In this document: piece by piece, positions 50,324-62,300 of the stretch
Numbering within the stretch: the stretch's first letter is position 1
Layout of the letters: every line of letters begins with the position of its first letter
Assembly: GCA_964443245.1 (NCBI GenBank)
Contig: CAYUEG010000005.1
Coordinates: forward strand, 45-64,044
Direction: 5' to 3'
Origin: an uncultured Burkholderiales bacterium
Lineage (GTDB): Bacteria; Pseudomonadota; Gammaproteobacteria; Burkholderiales; JAEUOS01
Length of the DNA stretch: 64,000 nucleotides
The notes under the pieces: generated by a model
What the model was told of the DNA's origin: nothing
The model's input: the letters and a program-made list of their open reading frames with translations, nothing else
Databases searched by the model: none
Position numbers and translations under genes: made by a program

Positions 50324-51555
50324 TCCCGATCAAGCCGTTGCCGCCTGCAGGCAACGCTTCCGCTGCAGGCCGCGATGTGGCACAAACACATCTTGCCCCC
50401 GGATCGATCCGGCTCGCCAGTCTGCCGCCCCTTTCGCTGTATGTGCACTTCCCATGGTGCGTAAGAAAGTGTCCCTACTGCGATTTCAACTCCCACCCGG
50501 CCGATGGAAGCGCGCCGATCCCGGAAGCACGCTACATCGACGCGCTGATCCGTGATCTTGAGCTGTCCTTGCCGCTGATCTGGGGCCGGCGCATCCATAC
50601 GGTCTTCTTTGGCGGTGGCACGCCAAGCCTGTTGTCCCCCAACGGTTTCGCCAGGCTCATGTCGGAGATCCGCTCCAGGAGCGCCTTGGAGGCCGATGCC
50701 GAAATCACCCTTGAAGCCAATCCCGGAACCTTTGAAGCGGAGAAATTCGCGGCCTACCGCGAACACGGCGTCAATCGGCTTTCCATCGGCATCCAGAGCT
50801 TCAACGACAAGCATCTGGAAGCACTGGGCCGTATTCATGATGGAAACGAAGCCCGCCGGGCCATCGAAATCGCCGCACGACTCTTCGACAACTTCAACCT
50901 CGACTTGATGTACGCCCTGCCCGGCCAGACGCTGGCGCAGCTGCAGGCCGAACTCGATGCGGCGCTCAGCTTCGATCCACCGCACCTCTCCTACTACCAC
51001 CTCACGCTTGAACCGAACACCGTCTTCGCCAAGTTTCCGCCGATATTGCCGGATGACGATGCGGCGGCAGAAATGCAACTGCAAATCGAATCGCGTCTGT
51101 CACAGGCCGGTTACTCACACTACGAAACGTCGGCCTACGCCAAGCCCCGCCGCGCCAGCCGCCACAACACCAACTACTGGCGCTTCGGCGACTACCTCGG
51201 TATCGGTGCCGGTGCGCACGGCAAGCTGTCGTTCGCTCACCGCATTCTGCGCACGGCCAAGCTACGCCAGCCTGAGAGCTACATGGCCGGTTGCGAGGCC
51301 GACGCGCCACTGGCGGAGGAGCGTGAGGTCAGCACCAAAGAACTGCCGTTCGAGTACATGATGAACGCGCTACGCCTTACCGAGGGCTTCGCTGTACGCG
51401 AGTTTGGTGAACGCACCGGATTGCCTCTGAGCACCACAGAATCTGCATTGAATGCGGCCGAGCGCAACGGGCTGATTACGCGCGACCATCTGCGCATCGC
51501 ACCCACCGAACGCGGCCGGCTGTTCCTCAACGAACTGCTGCAGCTTTTTCTCTAG
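50317..51555 (+). CDS. hemW: Radical SAM haem chaperone HemW (HemN-like, oxygen-independent coproporphyrinogen oxidase family)
   Basis: 412 aa with LPPLSLYVHFPWCVRKCPYCDFNSH (CxxxCxxC). The GTG start overlaps the rdgB end. It sits in the conserved rph-rdgB-hemW order. Confidence 0.9.
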   Translation: MVIPIKPLPPAGNASAAGRDVAQTHLAPGSIRLASLPPLSLYVHFPWCVRKCPYCDFNSHPADGSAPIPEARYIDALIRDLELSLPLIWGRRIHTVFFGGGTPSLLSPNGFARLMSEIRSRSALEADAEITLEANPGTFEAEKFAAYREHGVNRLSIGIQSFNDKHLEALGRIHDGNEARRAIEIAARLFDNFNLDLMYALPGQTLAQLQAELDAALSFDPPHLSYYHLTLEPNTVFAKFPPILPDDDAAAEMQLQIESRLSQAGYSHYETSAYAKPRRASRHNTNYWRFGDYLGIGAGAHGKLSFAHRILRTAKLRQPESYMAGCEADAPLAEEREVSTKELPFEYMMNALRLTEGFAVREFGERTGLPLSTTESALNAAERNGLITRDHLRIAPTERGRLFLNELLQLFL

Positions 51556-51600
51556 CCACCCTCAAGCTCTGGGTCGCGACTGTTTCAGAGAACAGGAGAG

Positions 51601-51677
51601 TGGTAGGCCGTGTTGGACTTGAACCAACGACCAAAGGATTATGAGTCCTCTGCTCTAACCAACTGAGCTAACGGCCC
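51601..51677 (-). tRNA. tRNA with CAU anticodon, probably tRNA-Ile2 (lysidine-modified) rather than elongator tRNA-Met
   Basis: The reverse complement is GGGCCGTTAGCTCAGTTGGTTAGAGCAGAGGACTCATAATCCTTTGGTCGTTGGTTCAAGTCCAACACGGCCTACCA. It folds as a cloverleaf with a 7-bp acceptor stem, anticodon loop CUCAUAA and encoded CCA. The C4-G69/C5-G68 pairs and the T-arm resemble E. coli ileX as I remember it. Confidence 0.85.
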
Positions 51678-51726
51678 GAATCAAAAGCAAACCACGCGAG
51701 GCGCGCGATGGTATCACGCTCCCGCA

Positions 51727-52710
51727 TCAAGTCGCCCCGACACCACGTCGCAGACGTCGACGTTCGTGCAGGTTGTTTGCCACCAGTGCCCCCACCACCA
51801 TACCGGCGCCAACCAGTTCGCTGGCCGCGAATTCCGCGCCCTGCCAATGGCGGACAGCAAATGTGATGACTGGCATGAGGTTAAGCAGCAGCATGGTGTT
51901 GACCGGCCCGATGCGTCGATTGCCGGCATTCCAGAGAAACATGGCCGCAACCACCCCCAGCAGAGAGACAAACAATACTTCCGGTGCAACGGAGATCAGC
52001 GCCAGAGTGGTCGGCCACTTGGCAGCGCCCACTGTCCAGGCTACTACCCACACTACCAGGATCATGCCCAGACCGGGAATTGCGGTCAGCGTGGTAAATC
52101 GGAGCGCCGACCATCCGGGGAACATGCCCAGCATCATGGTGTAGGTAATCCAGGCCACTGCCCCGAGAAACACCAGGCCATTCCCAAGCAACTCCCGCGA
52201 ACCCATGCCAGCTGTCACATTGAGCGCATCACCGCCACGCGTTACCGCGACCACCACCCCAGCAAACGCCGCTCCGAGGCACATGACCGTAAAGCGATGC
52301 GGCCTCACACCGCGCAAGAGCCACTGCGCCAGCGCAGTCAGGGCAGGTTGGAGCATGAGAATGATGACTGCGACTTCGGGCCTGGTCATGGCAAGGCCCA
52401 CAAACACCAGCAACGCCGACCCGGCGATCCCGAAGCCGCCGGCAACCATCGCCGGCCCGCCCCGCCCGTCAAAGCGCAGTGCAGCCCAGCCTTCTCGCGC
52501 CGCCAGAAACAACGTAAACATCAGTACCGCCACGCAGTAGCGGACCACCGAAAGAGAATAACCGTCCAGCACCTGCATCGCGCTCTTGGCCACCGGCAGT
52601 TGGAACCCCCAGATGAGGACGGCTCCGAGGGCGAGAAGAATGCCGAAGCGAAACTCCCCGGGCCTGTCGCTCACGGCAGAACCCCACGGCGCTCGCGCGC
52701 CGGCAGGCAC
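51727..52710 (-). CDS. DMT superfamily (EamA-like) transporter
   Basis: 327 aa with about 10 TM segments and an EamA-type duplication. The exact start is uncertain. Confidence 0.75.
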   Translation of the reverse strand: MPAGARAPWGSAVSDRPGEFRFGILLALGAVLIWGFQLPVAKSAMQVLDGYSLSVVRYCVAVLMFTLFLAAREGWAALRFDGRGGPAMVAGGFGIAGSALLVFVGLAMTRPEVAVIILMLQPALTALAQWLLRGVRPHRFTVMCLGAAFAGVVVAVTRGGDALNVTAGMGSRELLGNGLVFLGAVAWITYTMMLGMFPGWSALRFTTLTAIPGLGMILVVWVVAWTVGAAKWPTTLALISVAPEVLFVSLLGVVAAMFLWNAGNRRIGPVNTMLLLNLMPVITFAVRHWQGAEFAASELVGAGMVVGALVANNLHERRRLRRGVGAT

Positions 52711-52712
52711 GC

Positions 52713-52737
52713 AAAAACAAGCCCGCGCGAAGCGGGC
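52713..52737 (-). terminator. Rho-independent terminator after rpoD
   Basis: On the minus strand: GCCCGC-ttcgc-GCGGGC followed by TTGTTTTTG. It lies between the rpoD stop (52769) and the EamA start. Confidence 0.7.
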
Positions 52738-52768
52738 CTATTGGAAACACTCTGGGAAGCTGACAAGC

Positions 52769-55096
<2,328 letters not shown>

Positions 55097-55212
55097 GCGA
55101 TTGCCTCGAAATGGTCGCGCCGACGTCAGATCTGCGCGAGGTAGGACGCAGCGGAAGATCCCGCAGCGCAAAATTGAATAAAGCTTTGAATTATAGCATT
55201 ATTCTTGCCTTT

Positions 55213-56973
55213 TCATCCCGTCTGCGCAGCGATGGTGGCAGCGCGGACTGCGCTTTCTTCAGCCACCAACGCCGCCAGTTCCTCGCGTGCCGCCGGATTC
55301 GCCATCTCCTCCGCAATGATGCGGGCGGTCCGCTGACGGCGCCACTGGTCCCGCAAGGAACGAAGCGCGTGGCGAAACTCAGCCTCGACAATACTCGGCT
55401 CTTTCTCGATTTCAATCGATTCGATGACCGCCTTGCGCAGGAACGGTTCGACCTCCGAACCGGCAAACGACTCGGCAAGACTTGCCGGCGATAGGCCCGG
55501 ACCGCCGGCCACAATCGCATCGATTACCGCGCGTACCGGCGAATGTTCGGGTAGCACATGGCGCTGCTCCTCGGTTTCGGGCAACAGAGCAAAACGCGGT
55601 TCGCGTATGAGCAAGCGAAGTATCTGCTCGTCGAGCGGCGTAACGGGGGCGCGCGAGGCGCGCGGCGGGGCGCTGCGCACATACGAAGCCTGCGCCTTCA
55701 GCTCGCACAGCCGCTCAACTTCCGCCGGCGTCATGCGTGCCAGTTCCGCAATTTCCTTCACGATAGCCAACCGCAGGCCGGCGGCACTGATGCGCTGCAA
55801 ATGAGGTTTGGCAGCATTCACGAGACCAGCACGCCCTTCGGCTGACGTCAGATCCCCCTGCGCCACCAGTTCGCGAACCAGGAAGCGGGAAAGCGGCATT
55901 GCCCCATCCACAAGGGCCTCAAACGCCTCTTGCCCAAACTCGCGTATGTAGGTATCCGGGTCGTGCTCTTCAGGCAAAAACAGGAACGAAAAAACCTTGT
56001 CGTCGCTGGTCAGGGAGAGGCTGTTCTCCAGACCGCGCCAGGCAGCACGGCGTCCGGCTGCGTCACCATCGAAGCAGAAGATGATGCGGTCGGCCTGCTT
56101 GATCAGCTTTTGCACGTGAGCAGGCGTACACGCCGTGCCGAGCGTGGCAACGGCGTATCCGACACCCATTTGCGCCAGCGCCACCACGTCCATATAGCCT
56201 TCCACCACCAACACTTTGCCGGCCGCCCGAATCGCCTGTCTCGCTTCATACAGACCGTAAAGCTCACGCCCCTTTTCAAACAGTGGCGTCTCGGGAGAGT
56301 TGAGGTACTTGGGCTCGCCCGCACCGATCACCCGCCCGCCAAAACCAACAATCGCGCCGCGGCTGTTGCGGATGGGAAACATGACGCGCCCGCGAAAGCG
56401 GTCGTAGCGGGAGCCCTTCTCGTTTTCAATGACCAGTCCGGTATCAAGCATCTCCTTGTTGCCATACTGATCCGGAAAAACGGACTGCAGCAAGTTCCAT
56501 TCGTCCGGCACATAACCCAATCCGAACTGGCGTGCCACTGCCCCCGAAAGCCCCCGCCCCTTGAGATACTCAATTGCCACTGGCGATGTCTTCAGGGTGT
56601 CTCGGTAGAAACGGCAGGCACGCTCCATCATTCCGATCAATGCGGAGCTATCCGGCCCGTCACGACGCGCTCCGGTACGCTCCTGTTCAGGGACAACCAG
56701 GCCAACCGACTGAGCCAAATCCTTGATCGCTTCCACATACGTCAAGCCGGTGTGCTCCATCATGAAGCCGATCGCAGATCCGTGTGCTCCACAGCCGAAG
56801 CAGTGGTAGAACTGCTTGGTAGGACTCACGGTAAAGGACGGGGATTTTTCGTTGTGGAATGGGCAAAGTCCCATCAGGTTGACGCCGCCCTTTTTCAGCT
56901 GGACGTACTTACCCACCACATCGACAATATCGACCCGGTTGAGCAATTCCTGAATGAAGGATTGGGGAATCAT
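55213..56973 (-). CDS. dnaG: DNA primase
   Basis: 586 aa with a zinc-ribbon (CPFHNEKSPSFTVSPTKQFYHCFGCGAHG) and a TOPRIM domain (EGYMDV). It lies upstream of rpoD. Confidence 0.95.
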   Translation of the reverse strand: MIPQSFIQELLNRVDIVDVVGKYVQLKKGGVNLMGLCPFHNEKSPSFTVSPTKQFYHCFGCGAHGSAIGFMMEHTGLTYVEAIKDLAQSVGLVVPEQERTGARRDGPDSSALIGMMERACRFYRDTLKTSPVAIEYLKGRGLSGAVARQFGLGYVPDEWNLLQSVFPDQYGNKEMLDTGLVIENEKGSRYDRFRGRVMFPIRNSRGAIVGFGGRVIGAGEPKYLNSPETPLFEKGRELYGLYEARQAIRAAGKVLVVEGYMDVVALAQMGVGYAVATLGTACTPAHVQKLIKQADRIIFCFDGDAAGRRAAWRGLENSLSLTSDDKVFSFLFLPEEHDPDTYIREFGQEAFEALVDGAMPLSRFLVRELVAQGDLTSAEGRAGLVNAAKPHLQRISAAGLRLAIVKEIAELARMTPAEVERLCELKAQASYVRSAPPRASRAPVTPLDEQILRLLIREPRFALLPETEEQRHVLPEHSPVRAVIDAIVAGGPGLSPASLAESFAGSEVEPFLRKAVIESIEIEKEPSIVEAEFRHALRSLRDQWRRQRTARIIAEEMANPAAREELAALVAEESAVRAATIAAQTG

Positions 56974-57042
56974 GGCAATGTCGATGCGATGATTTTACGT
57001 CTGCGGAATGGCACCGGAAGGCAGGTGCGGCGGGTACACCAT

Positions 57043-57070
57043 AAAAAACGCCCCGTCGGAAACGGGGCGT
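57043..57070 (-). terminator. Rho-independent terminator after the TRAP substrate-binding protein gene
   Basis: On the minus strand: ACGCCCCGT-ttccg-ACGGGGCGT followed by TTTTTTAT. Confidence 0.85.
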
Positions 57071-57091
57071 CCGTTACCAATCTGGCAGCAC

Positions 57092-58117
57092 TTACTTGGT
57101 GTGCTTCTTGATGAGCGCCTTGGCGGTATCGAGCAGCATCTTGCCATTAAAGTTCTTGCCGTTCATTTCCTTGACCCACTCGTCATCAACCAGATCCGCC
57201 GCCTTGCGAAAGGCCTCGGTCTCCTGAGCCGTAAACGTGTAGTGCACGTTCTTGCGGTCTTCCGATGCCTTTTTGCCGGCGGCGTCATTTCCCTGTTGCG
57301 TCCGCCCCAACCAGCCCGACGTTTCGATGCCGGAGTTGTCATCGATGATTTTCTTGAGGTCAGCCGGCAGAGAGTCGTATTTGGCCTTGTTCATCGCCAT
57401 CACGAATGTCGTGGTGTAGAGCGATGTTCCAGCGGGGAACTCCGAATGAAACTTGGCCAACTCTTCAAGCTTGACGGCCGGCACCACTTCCCACGGAACT
57501 ACTGCAGCGTCAATCACGCCCTTGGAAATGGAGTCGGGAATCTGCGGGAGCGGCATGCCCACTGGGGTGGCGCCCAAAGCGCCCAGCATTTTGGTGATCT
57601 GCCGCGTCGGTCCGCGCACCTTCATCCCCTTGAGATCAGCGACCGACTTGATCTGCTTGTCACGCGAATGGAAGAAACCCGGCCCGTGCACATTGACTGC
57701 CAGCACCTTCACGTCCTTGAATTCGTCGGCGGCAACGGTGTTGATGTACTCCCAGTAAGCCCGAGAGGTGGCTTCCGCGTTGGTCATCATAAACGGCAAC
57801 TCAAACGCTTCCACCCTTGGAAAGCGCCCAGGAGTGTTGCCGGGCAGTGTCCAGGTGACGTCCACTACCCCGTCCTTGGTCTGGTCATACAAATTGGCAG
57901 GGGTGCCACCAAGTTGCATTGCCGGGAAACGCTCAAATTTGATCCGCCCGCCTGATTCCTTCTCGACTTTCTCCATCCACGCCACGTGCATGGTGCGCCA
58001 TACGGCTGACTGTGGCGCCATGAAGGTGTGAAACTTGAGGGTAACTGTCTGCTGTGCTTGGGCAAAGTGGCCCACCAAGGCGAGGCTGGCGCCAAGAATG
58101 AGGTGCTTGATCTTCAT
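57092..58117 (-). CDS. TRAP transporter substrate-binding protein (DctP family), orphan
   Basis: ORF 57092..58165 trimmed to ATG 58117 (AGGAGA upstream). It has a signal peptide (MKIKHLILGASLALVGHFAQA) and DctP-type length and sequence. No dctQ/dctM lies adjacent. Confidence 0.85.
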   Translation of the reverse strand: MKIKHLILGASLALVGHFAQAQQTVTLKFHTFMAPQSAVWRTMHVAWMEKVEKESGGRIKFERFPAMQLGGTPANLYDQTKDGVVDVTWTLPGNTPGRFPRVEAFELPFMMTNAEATSRAYWEYINTVAADEFKDVKVLAVNVHGPGFFHSRDKQIKSVADLKGMKVRGPTRQITKMLGALGATPVGMPLPQIPDSISKGVIDAAVVPWEVVPAVKLEELAKFHSEFPAGTSLYTTTFVMAMNKAKYDSLPADLKKIIDDNSGIETSGWLGRTQQGNDAAGKKASEDRKNVHYTFTAQETEAFRKAADLVDDEWVKEMNGKNFNGKMLLDTAKALIKKHTK

Positions 58118-58331
58118 TGTGATTGTCTCCTGATTTAAAGATGCACGCTTCGAGAGAGTGCCCAAAGAATGGACGGCTCAAACACCGAAGTGGCGCGAAG
58201 CTTACGTCAAATTACAGCAAAAGCGACTGCTCAAAGCAAAAAAGACGCGATATAGGCCAGCGTAGCGCTTCGGCACGCCGAGCCCACCAACCCAAATGCC
58301 GACCCTTCCTGGCGTCCTACAGGCACGGCAC

Positions 58332-58910
58332 CTACAAACCGCCATTTTGCTGGGCTACCATGCAATAGAGCATGGGAATCGATAGCATGGTATTGAAGCG
58401 GGACACCAGCATGGCCAGCCGAGCCGCTCCAGCTTTCTCAGCCGGCTCTGCGGGCACCATCCCCAATGCCTTCTTCTGATTCGGCCAGATGACGAACCAG
58501 ACATTGAAGGCCATCACCAGAGCCAGCCACATACCAATACCAATGGCAAGAAACGGCTTCTGAAGGGTCAAGGCTGGGCCGATCGAACCATTCATGAAGG
58601 CAATCAACAACCCGGTTACAACGGTAGCCAACGCCGCCCACCGAAACCAGAACAAGGCAGTCGGAGCAATGACCTTCGACACTGCCGGTTTCTGTTCATC
58701 GGGGATTTTCGGCATGGAAGGGATCTGCACAAAATTGAAATACCAGAGCAGTCCTACCCACATCACACCACACAGAACGTGCAGCCAGCGCACAAAAAAA
58801 ATACCCCAGGCATGGTCGAGTTGACCATCACGCAGTACGGCCAGCATCAGCATGACCAGTACCAAACCTGCCACGACGGAACGGCCCAGAGACTGAAAAA
58901 TCGCGCTCAT
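58332..58910 (-). CDS. Polytopic membrane protein, COG3748/PuuD-N-terminal-like (tentative)
   Basis: ORF 58332..58964 trimmed to ATG 58910 (192 aa). It has 4-5 TM segments. The WLHVLCGVMWVGLLWYFNFVQ motif resembles the membrane domain of urate hydroxylase PuuD as I recall it. No cytochrome c (CxxCH) motif is present. Confidence 0.45.
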   Translation of the reverse strand: MSAIFQSLGRSVVAGLVLVMLMLAVLRDGQLDHAWGIFFVRWLHVLCGVMWVGLLWYFNFVQIPSMPKIPDEQKPAVSKVIAPTALFWFRWAALATVVTGLLIAFMNGSIGPALTLQKPFLAIGIGMWLALVMAFNVWFVIWPNQKKALGMVPAEPAEKAGAARLAMLVSRFNTMLSIPMLYCMVAQQNGGL

Positions 58911-58971
58911 GTATTCGCCATTTTGTGAACTGCCGGCGCTGCTTTCAGTCCCTGTGACCGACACGCATGAT

Positions 58972-59550
58972 TTAAGCGAGATTCTTGGCGACGAAATCCC
59001 AGTTCACCAAGTTCCAGAAGCCCTCGAGATACTTCGGTCGGGCATTGCGGTAATCAATATAGTAGGCGTGCTCCCATACGTCGCAAGTCAGCAGCGGCTT
59101 GTCGGCTCCCGTGAGAGGGGTGGCCGCATTTGAGGTGGACACCAGATCGAGCGATCCGTCTGCCTTTTTGACTAGCCATGCCCAGCCCGAGCCGAACGTA
59201 CCAACGGCGCACTTGTTGAATTCTTCCTTGAACTTCGCAAAGGAGCCCCACTTCTTGTTGATGGCATCCGCCAAGGCACCGGACGGTTCGCCACCGCCCG
59301 CGGGCTTCAAGCCCATCCAGTAGAACGTGTGGTTCCAGATTTGTGCGGCATTGTTGAACATGCCACCCGATGACTTCCTGACGATGTCTTCCAGGCTCAG
59401 ATTCTCGAACTCTGTGCCTTTGATCAGGTTGTTCAAATTCGTGACGTAAGTCTGGTGATGCTTGCCATAGTGAAATTCCAGAGTCTCTTTCGACAGATGC
59501 GGGGCGAGACCATCCAAGGCATAAGGCAGTTCGGGAAGCTTGTGTTCCAT
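58972..59550 (-). CDS. sodB: Fe/Mn superoxide dismutase (Fe-type likely)
   Basis: ORF 58972..59658 trimmed to ATG 59550 (192 aa). [32 protein letters not shown] and [11 protein letters not shown] are canonical. Confidence 0.95.
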   Translation of the reverse strand: MEHKLPELPYALDGLAPHLSKETLEFHYGKHHQTYVTNLNNLIKGTEFENLSLEDIVRKSSGGMFNNAAQIWNHTFYWMGLKPAGGGEPSGALADAINKKWGSFAKFKEEFNKCAVGTFGSGWAWLVKKADGSLDLVSTSNAATPLTGADKPLLTCDVWEHAYYIDYRNARPKYLEGFWNLVNWDFVAKNLA

Positions 59551-59684
59551 GTTGAAATTTCTCCGGCTTGACAAGGGTTCTTGGGTTGAACGGGACTGCT
59601 GCGGACAGAAAGACACATGCCGCGCAGGCATTTTAGGCCTTCCGCCTGCGGCGCGCAAAAAGCGTAAGAATGGCGCCAGTAGGG

Positions 59685-61064
59685 TTATTGTGAAGAAGGC
59701 TTCCTGCCCATTCGCTCAACCTTGGCGACTGCCGTTCCCTTGGCAAAAGACAATGCCAGGGTTTGCCCCACCACCAGTTGCGCACTATCCCGCACGACCT
59801 TGCCATCTTCCTGCTGCACCAGCGCATAGCCACGCTCGAGAACACGCGCGGGATTCAGAAGCCGCAGCCCCTGATCCATGCGCATGAGGCCGCGCGCCCG
59901 ATCATTCAGCTGTCCATTCATCCCTTCAACAAGCCGGCGGCGTGCATGTTGCCATTGCAATCCTGCAGACGCGAGAGCTGGATGCCGCAAGCCTGCCCTG
60001 GCTGTGCTCCACGCCAGCGCATGTCTCGCGAGTCTGCCATGCATGGCGGCAGTGAGTCGCCCGGCCGACGCACCCAAGGCCTGCCGCTGCAGCGCTAACC
60101 GGGTGGAGGGCGAAACCAGGGCACGCGCCAACCAGTCAAGGCGCTGGGAAAGTGTGTTGACGCGTCGCAAAAAACTCCGATGCAACAGGTCTGCTTGGGA
60201 AGCCAGTTGACGGTGCAGAAGACGCACGTCGGGAACCACCAGTTCGGCCGCGGCCGTCGGCGTAGCGGCGCGCACATCGGCCACCCAATCGGCGATCGTC
60301 ACATCGGTTTCATGACCCACGCCCGTGACAACCGGCACCGGACAGTCCAGAATGGCGCGGGCTACGTCTTCCTGATTGAAACACCACAAGTCCTCAATCG
60401 ATCCCCCACCACGGCACAGGATGACCACATCGACGCAGTCAGTTACCGTGCGGGAACCCGCCAGTCGAATTGCCGACACAATCGACTCGGCTGCCCCGTC
60501 CCCCTGAACCGGCGTCGGGTAAACGACGACCGGGATCATCGGCGCGCGACGCTTGAGTGTCGTTAGCACATCACGCAGTGCCGCAGCTTGAAGTGATGTA
60601 ATCACCGCGATGGCGCGCGGCAAGTAAGGCAATGCCCGCTTGCGCGCCGAATCGAACAACCCCTCCCTTTCCAGTTTTTGCTTAAGCCGCAGGAATGCCT
60701 CGAACAGCGCGCCAGCACCACCTCGGCGCATGGACTCCACATTCAGCTGATACTCGCCGCGGGTCTCGAACAACGTTACCGCCGCCTGAACCTCGACGGC
60801 ATCACCATTGCGCGGCTCGAAGCCGAGTGTGGCGGCGCGCCCGCGCCACATGGCACAGCGCACTTGAGCGGTCGCGTCCTTGAGCGAGAAATAGACGTGG
60901 CCGGATGCGGCACGAGTGAATCCGGTTATCTCGCCGCTTACCTTGAGCGGAGGGATGCCACGCTCAAGCAGCTGGCGCGCCCGCCGATTCAGCTCGGATA
61001 CGGAAAGGGCGAGGTTGGCCGACAGCTCCGGTTCCGGGGCGGAAAAATCGGGACGGCTAAGCAT
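59685..61064 (-). CDS. xseA: Exodeoxyribonuclease VII large subunit
   Basis: ORF 59685..61094, probably starting at ATG 61064. It has an OB-fold N-terminus ([22 protein letters not shown]), a catalytic core ([13 protein letters not shown]) and a coiled-coil C-terminus. Confidence 0.9.
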   Translation of the reverse strand: MLSRPDFSAPEPELSANLALSVSELNRRARQLLERGIPPLKVSGEITGFTRAASGHVYFSLKDATAQVRCAMWRGRAATLGFEPRNGDAVEVQAAVTLFETRGEYQLNVESMRRGGAGALFEAFLRLKQKLEREGLFDSARKRALPYLPRAIAVITSLQAAALRDVLTTLKRRAPMIPVVVYPTPVQGDGAAESIVSAIRLAGSRTVTDCVDVVILCRGGGSIEDLWCFNQEDVARAILDCPVPVVTGVGHETDVTIADWVADVRAATPTAAAELVVPDVRLLHRQLASQADLLHRSFLRRVNTLSQRLDWLARALVSPSTRLALQRQALGASAGRLTAAMHGRLARHALAWSTARAGLRHPALASAGLQWQHARRRLVEGMNGQLNDRARGLMRMDQGLRLLNPARVLERGYALVQQEDGKVVRDSAQLVVGQTLALSFAKGTAVAKVERMGRKPSSQ

Positions 61065-61133
61065 CAGGAAGAAGGACGCCTTTGATTTGAGCAATACCGA
61101 CCGAATCCCCGCTGGACAAGGCAGTTACCGGCG

Positions 61134-61179
61134 TTTCCCACAGGATTTCCACAGAGTTGTCCACCACAATTGTGGATAA
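61134..61179. promoter_or_regulatory. Cluster of four DnaA-box-like 9-mers (one perfect TTATCCACA) in the xseA/exbB divergent intergenic region
   Basis: Read directly. The plus strand has TTTCCCACA (61134), ATTTCCACA (61145) and TTGTCCACC (61157) with 11-12 bp phasing. TGTGGATAA at 61171-61179 is a perfect box on the minus strand. A 12-bp palindrome CCACAATTGTGG (61164-61175) bridges the last two. Confidence 0.35.
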
Positions 61180-61244
61180 CGCACGCCGGTTTCCGTTACA
61201 CTGCACGAGTTTTATTACCTCAAGTTGCCAAGGGAGAATGCGTC

Positions 61245-61853
61245 GTGCTGGACATCATCAAATCGGCGGGATGGCCAATCTATCCGTTGCTGCTGGCTTC
61301 CATCATCGCCGTCGCACTGATTATCGAACGGCTGATCGTGCTGCGCAAGTCCAAGGTGTTGCCGGCCAGCCTGTTGCCCGAAGTGCTCAGCCTCTACAAG
61401 TCCAAGCAGGTCACCGATGATGTGATTGCCAAGGTTGAGGCCAATTCGCCGTTAGGAAGGGTGCTGGCTGCGGGCTTGCGCAATGACAAGAGCTCGCGCT
61501 ACGTCATGAAAGAAGCGATCGAAGAGGCGGGGAGGATCGTCACCCATGAACTCGAGCGCTTCCTCAACGGTCTGGGCACCATCGCGACGGCAGCTCCCCT
61601 GATGGGATTGTTTGGCACTGTGGTCGGGATGATCGAGATTTTCGGCAGCCAATCGCCCTCTGGCACCAACCCGCAGGCCCTGGCCCACGGCATTTCCGTC
61701 GCTCTCTACAACACAGGCTTTGGCATCCTCATCGCCATTCCCGCCCTGATCTTTTACCGCTATTTTCGTGCCAAGGTGGAAGACTTCGTTGTCGAAATGG
61801 AGCAAAGTGCGATCAAGCTCCTCGATCTTGCGCATGGCGAACGCAAGGCCTGA
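61245..61853 (+). CDS. exbB: MotA/TolQ/ExbB proton-channel family protein
   Basis: ORF 61170..61853 trimmed to GTG 61245, 8 nt after AGGGAG ((M)LDIIKSAGWPIYPLLLASIIAVALIIERL...). The conserved GLFGTVVGMI motif is present. Confidence 0.85.
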   Translation: MLDIIKSAGWPIYPLLLASIIAVALIIERLIVLRKSKVLPASLLPEVLSLYKSKQVTDDVIAKVEANSPLGRVLAAGLRNDKSSRYVMKEAIEEAGRIVTHELERFLNGLGTIATAAPLMGLFGTVVGMIEIFGSQSPSGTNPQALAHGISVALYNTGFGILIAIPALIFYRYFRAKVEDFVVEMEQSAIKLLDLAHGERKA

Positions 61854-61868
61854 TCGGAGGGAACGGAC

Positions 61869-62288
61869 GTGAACTTTCGCCGTAAAGCCGCGGAGGAGCC
61901 GGAAATCAACTTCATTCCGTTGATCGACGTGCTGTTGGTGATCCTGATCTTCCTGATGGTTACCACCACCTACTCGAAGTACGCCGAACTGCAGATCAAC
62001 CTGCCCACCGCTGATGCAGAGAAGCAATTGGAGCGTCCGAATGAGGTGAACGTCGGGGTCACCAGCGGTGGCAAGTTCGCCATCAACGGTAAGACAATCG
62101 TGTTCTCGAATGTGGAGAGTCTGTCGAGCGACCTCAAGGCAGCTGCAAGCGGCAAGAAAGACCCAGTAGTCGTGATCAATGCCGACGCACAGGCGACGCA
62201 CCAGTCCGTGGTCTACGTGATGCAGGCTTCGCAAATGGCCGGATTGGGTCAGGTAACCTTTACCACCCAATCCCCCAGCGCCAAGTAG
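61869..62288 (+). CDS. exbD: ExbD/TolR biopolymer transport protein
   Basis: 139 aa with a GTG start. EINFIPLIDVLLVILIFLMVT is the typical ExbD TM motif. Confidence 0.85.
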   Translation: MNFRRKAAEEPEINFIPLIDVLLVILIFLMVTTTYSKYAELQINLPTADAEKQLERPNEVNVGVTSGGKFAINGKTIVFSNVESLSSDLKAAASGKKDPVVVINADAQATHQSVVYVMQASQMAGLGQVTFTTQSPSAK

Positions 62289-62300
62289 AGCGCTTCCATC

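Noticed and set aside
51556-51726. tRNA gene as an integration hot-spot or genomic-island border
   Set aside because: No integrase, no direct repeat of the tRNA 3' end and no phage or mobile genes lie on either side. The neighbours are hemW and a DMT transporter.
55930-57111. 393-aa plus-strand ORF
   Set aside because: It is antisense to dnaG and the dnaG upstream region. DnaG zinc-ribbon and TOPRIM motifs are on the minus strand.
61081-61244. Chromosomal replication origin (oriC) at the DnaA-box cluster
   Set aside because: There is no AT-rich 13-mer-type unwinding element, and no dnaA, dnaN or gidA context. Only one perfect box is present. I kept it as a regulatory or titration-site candidate only.
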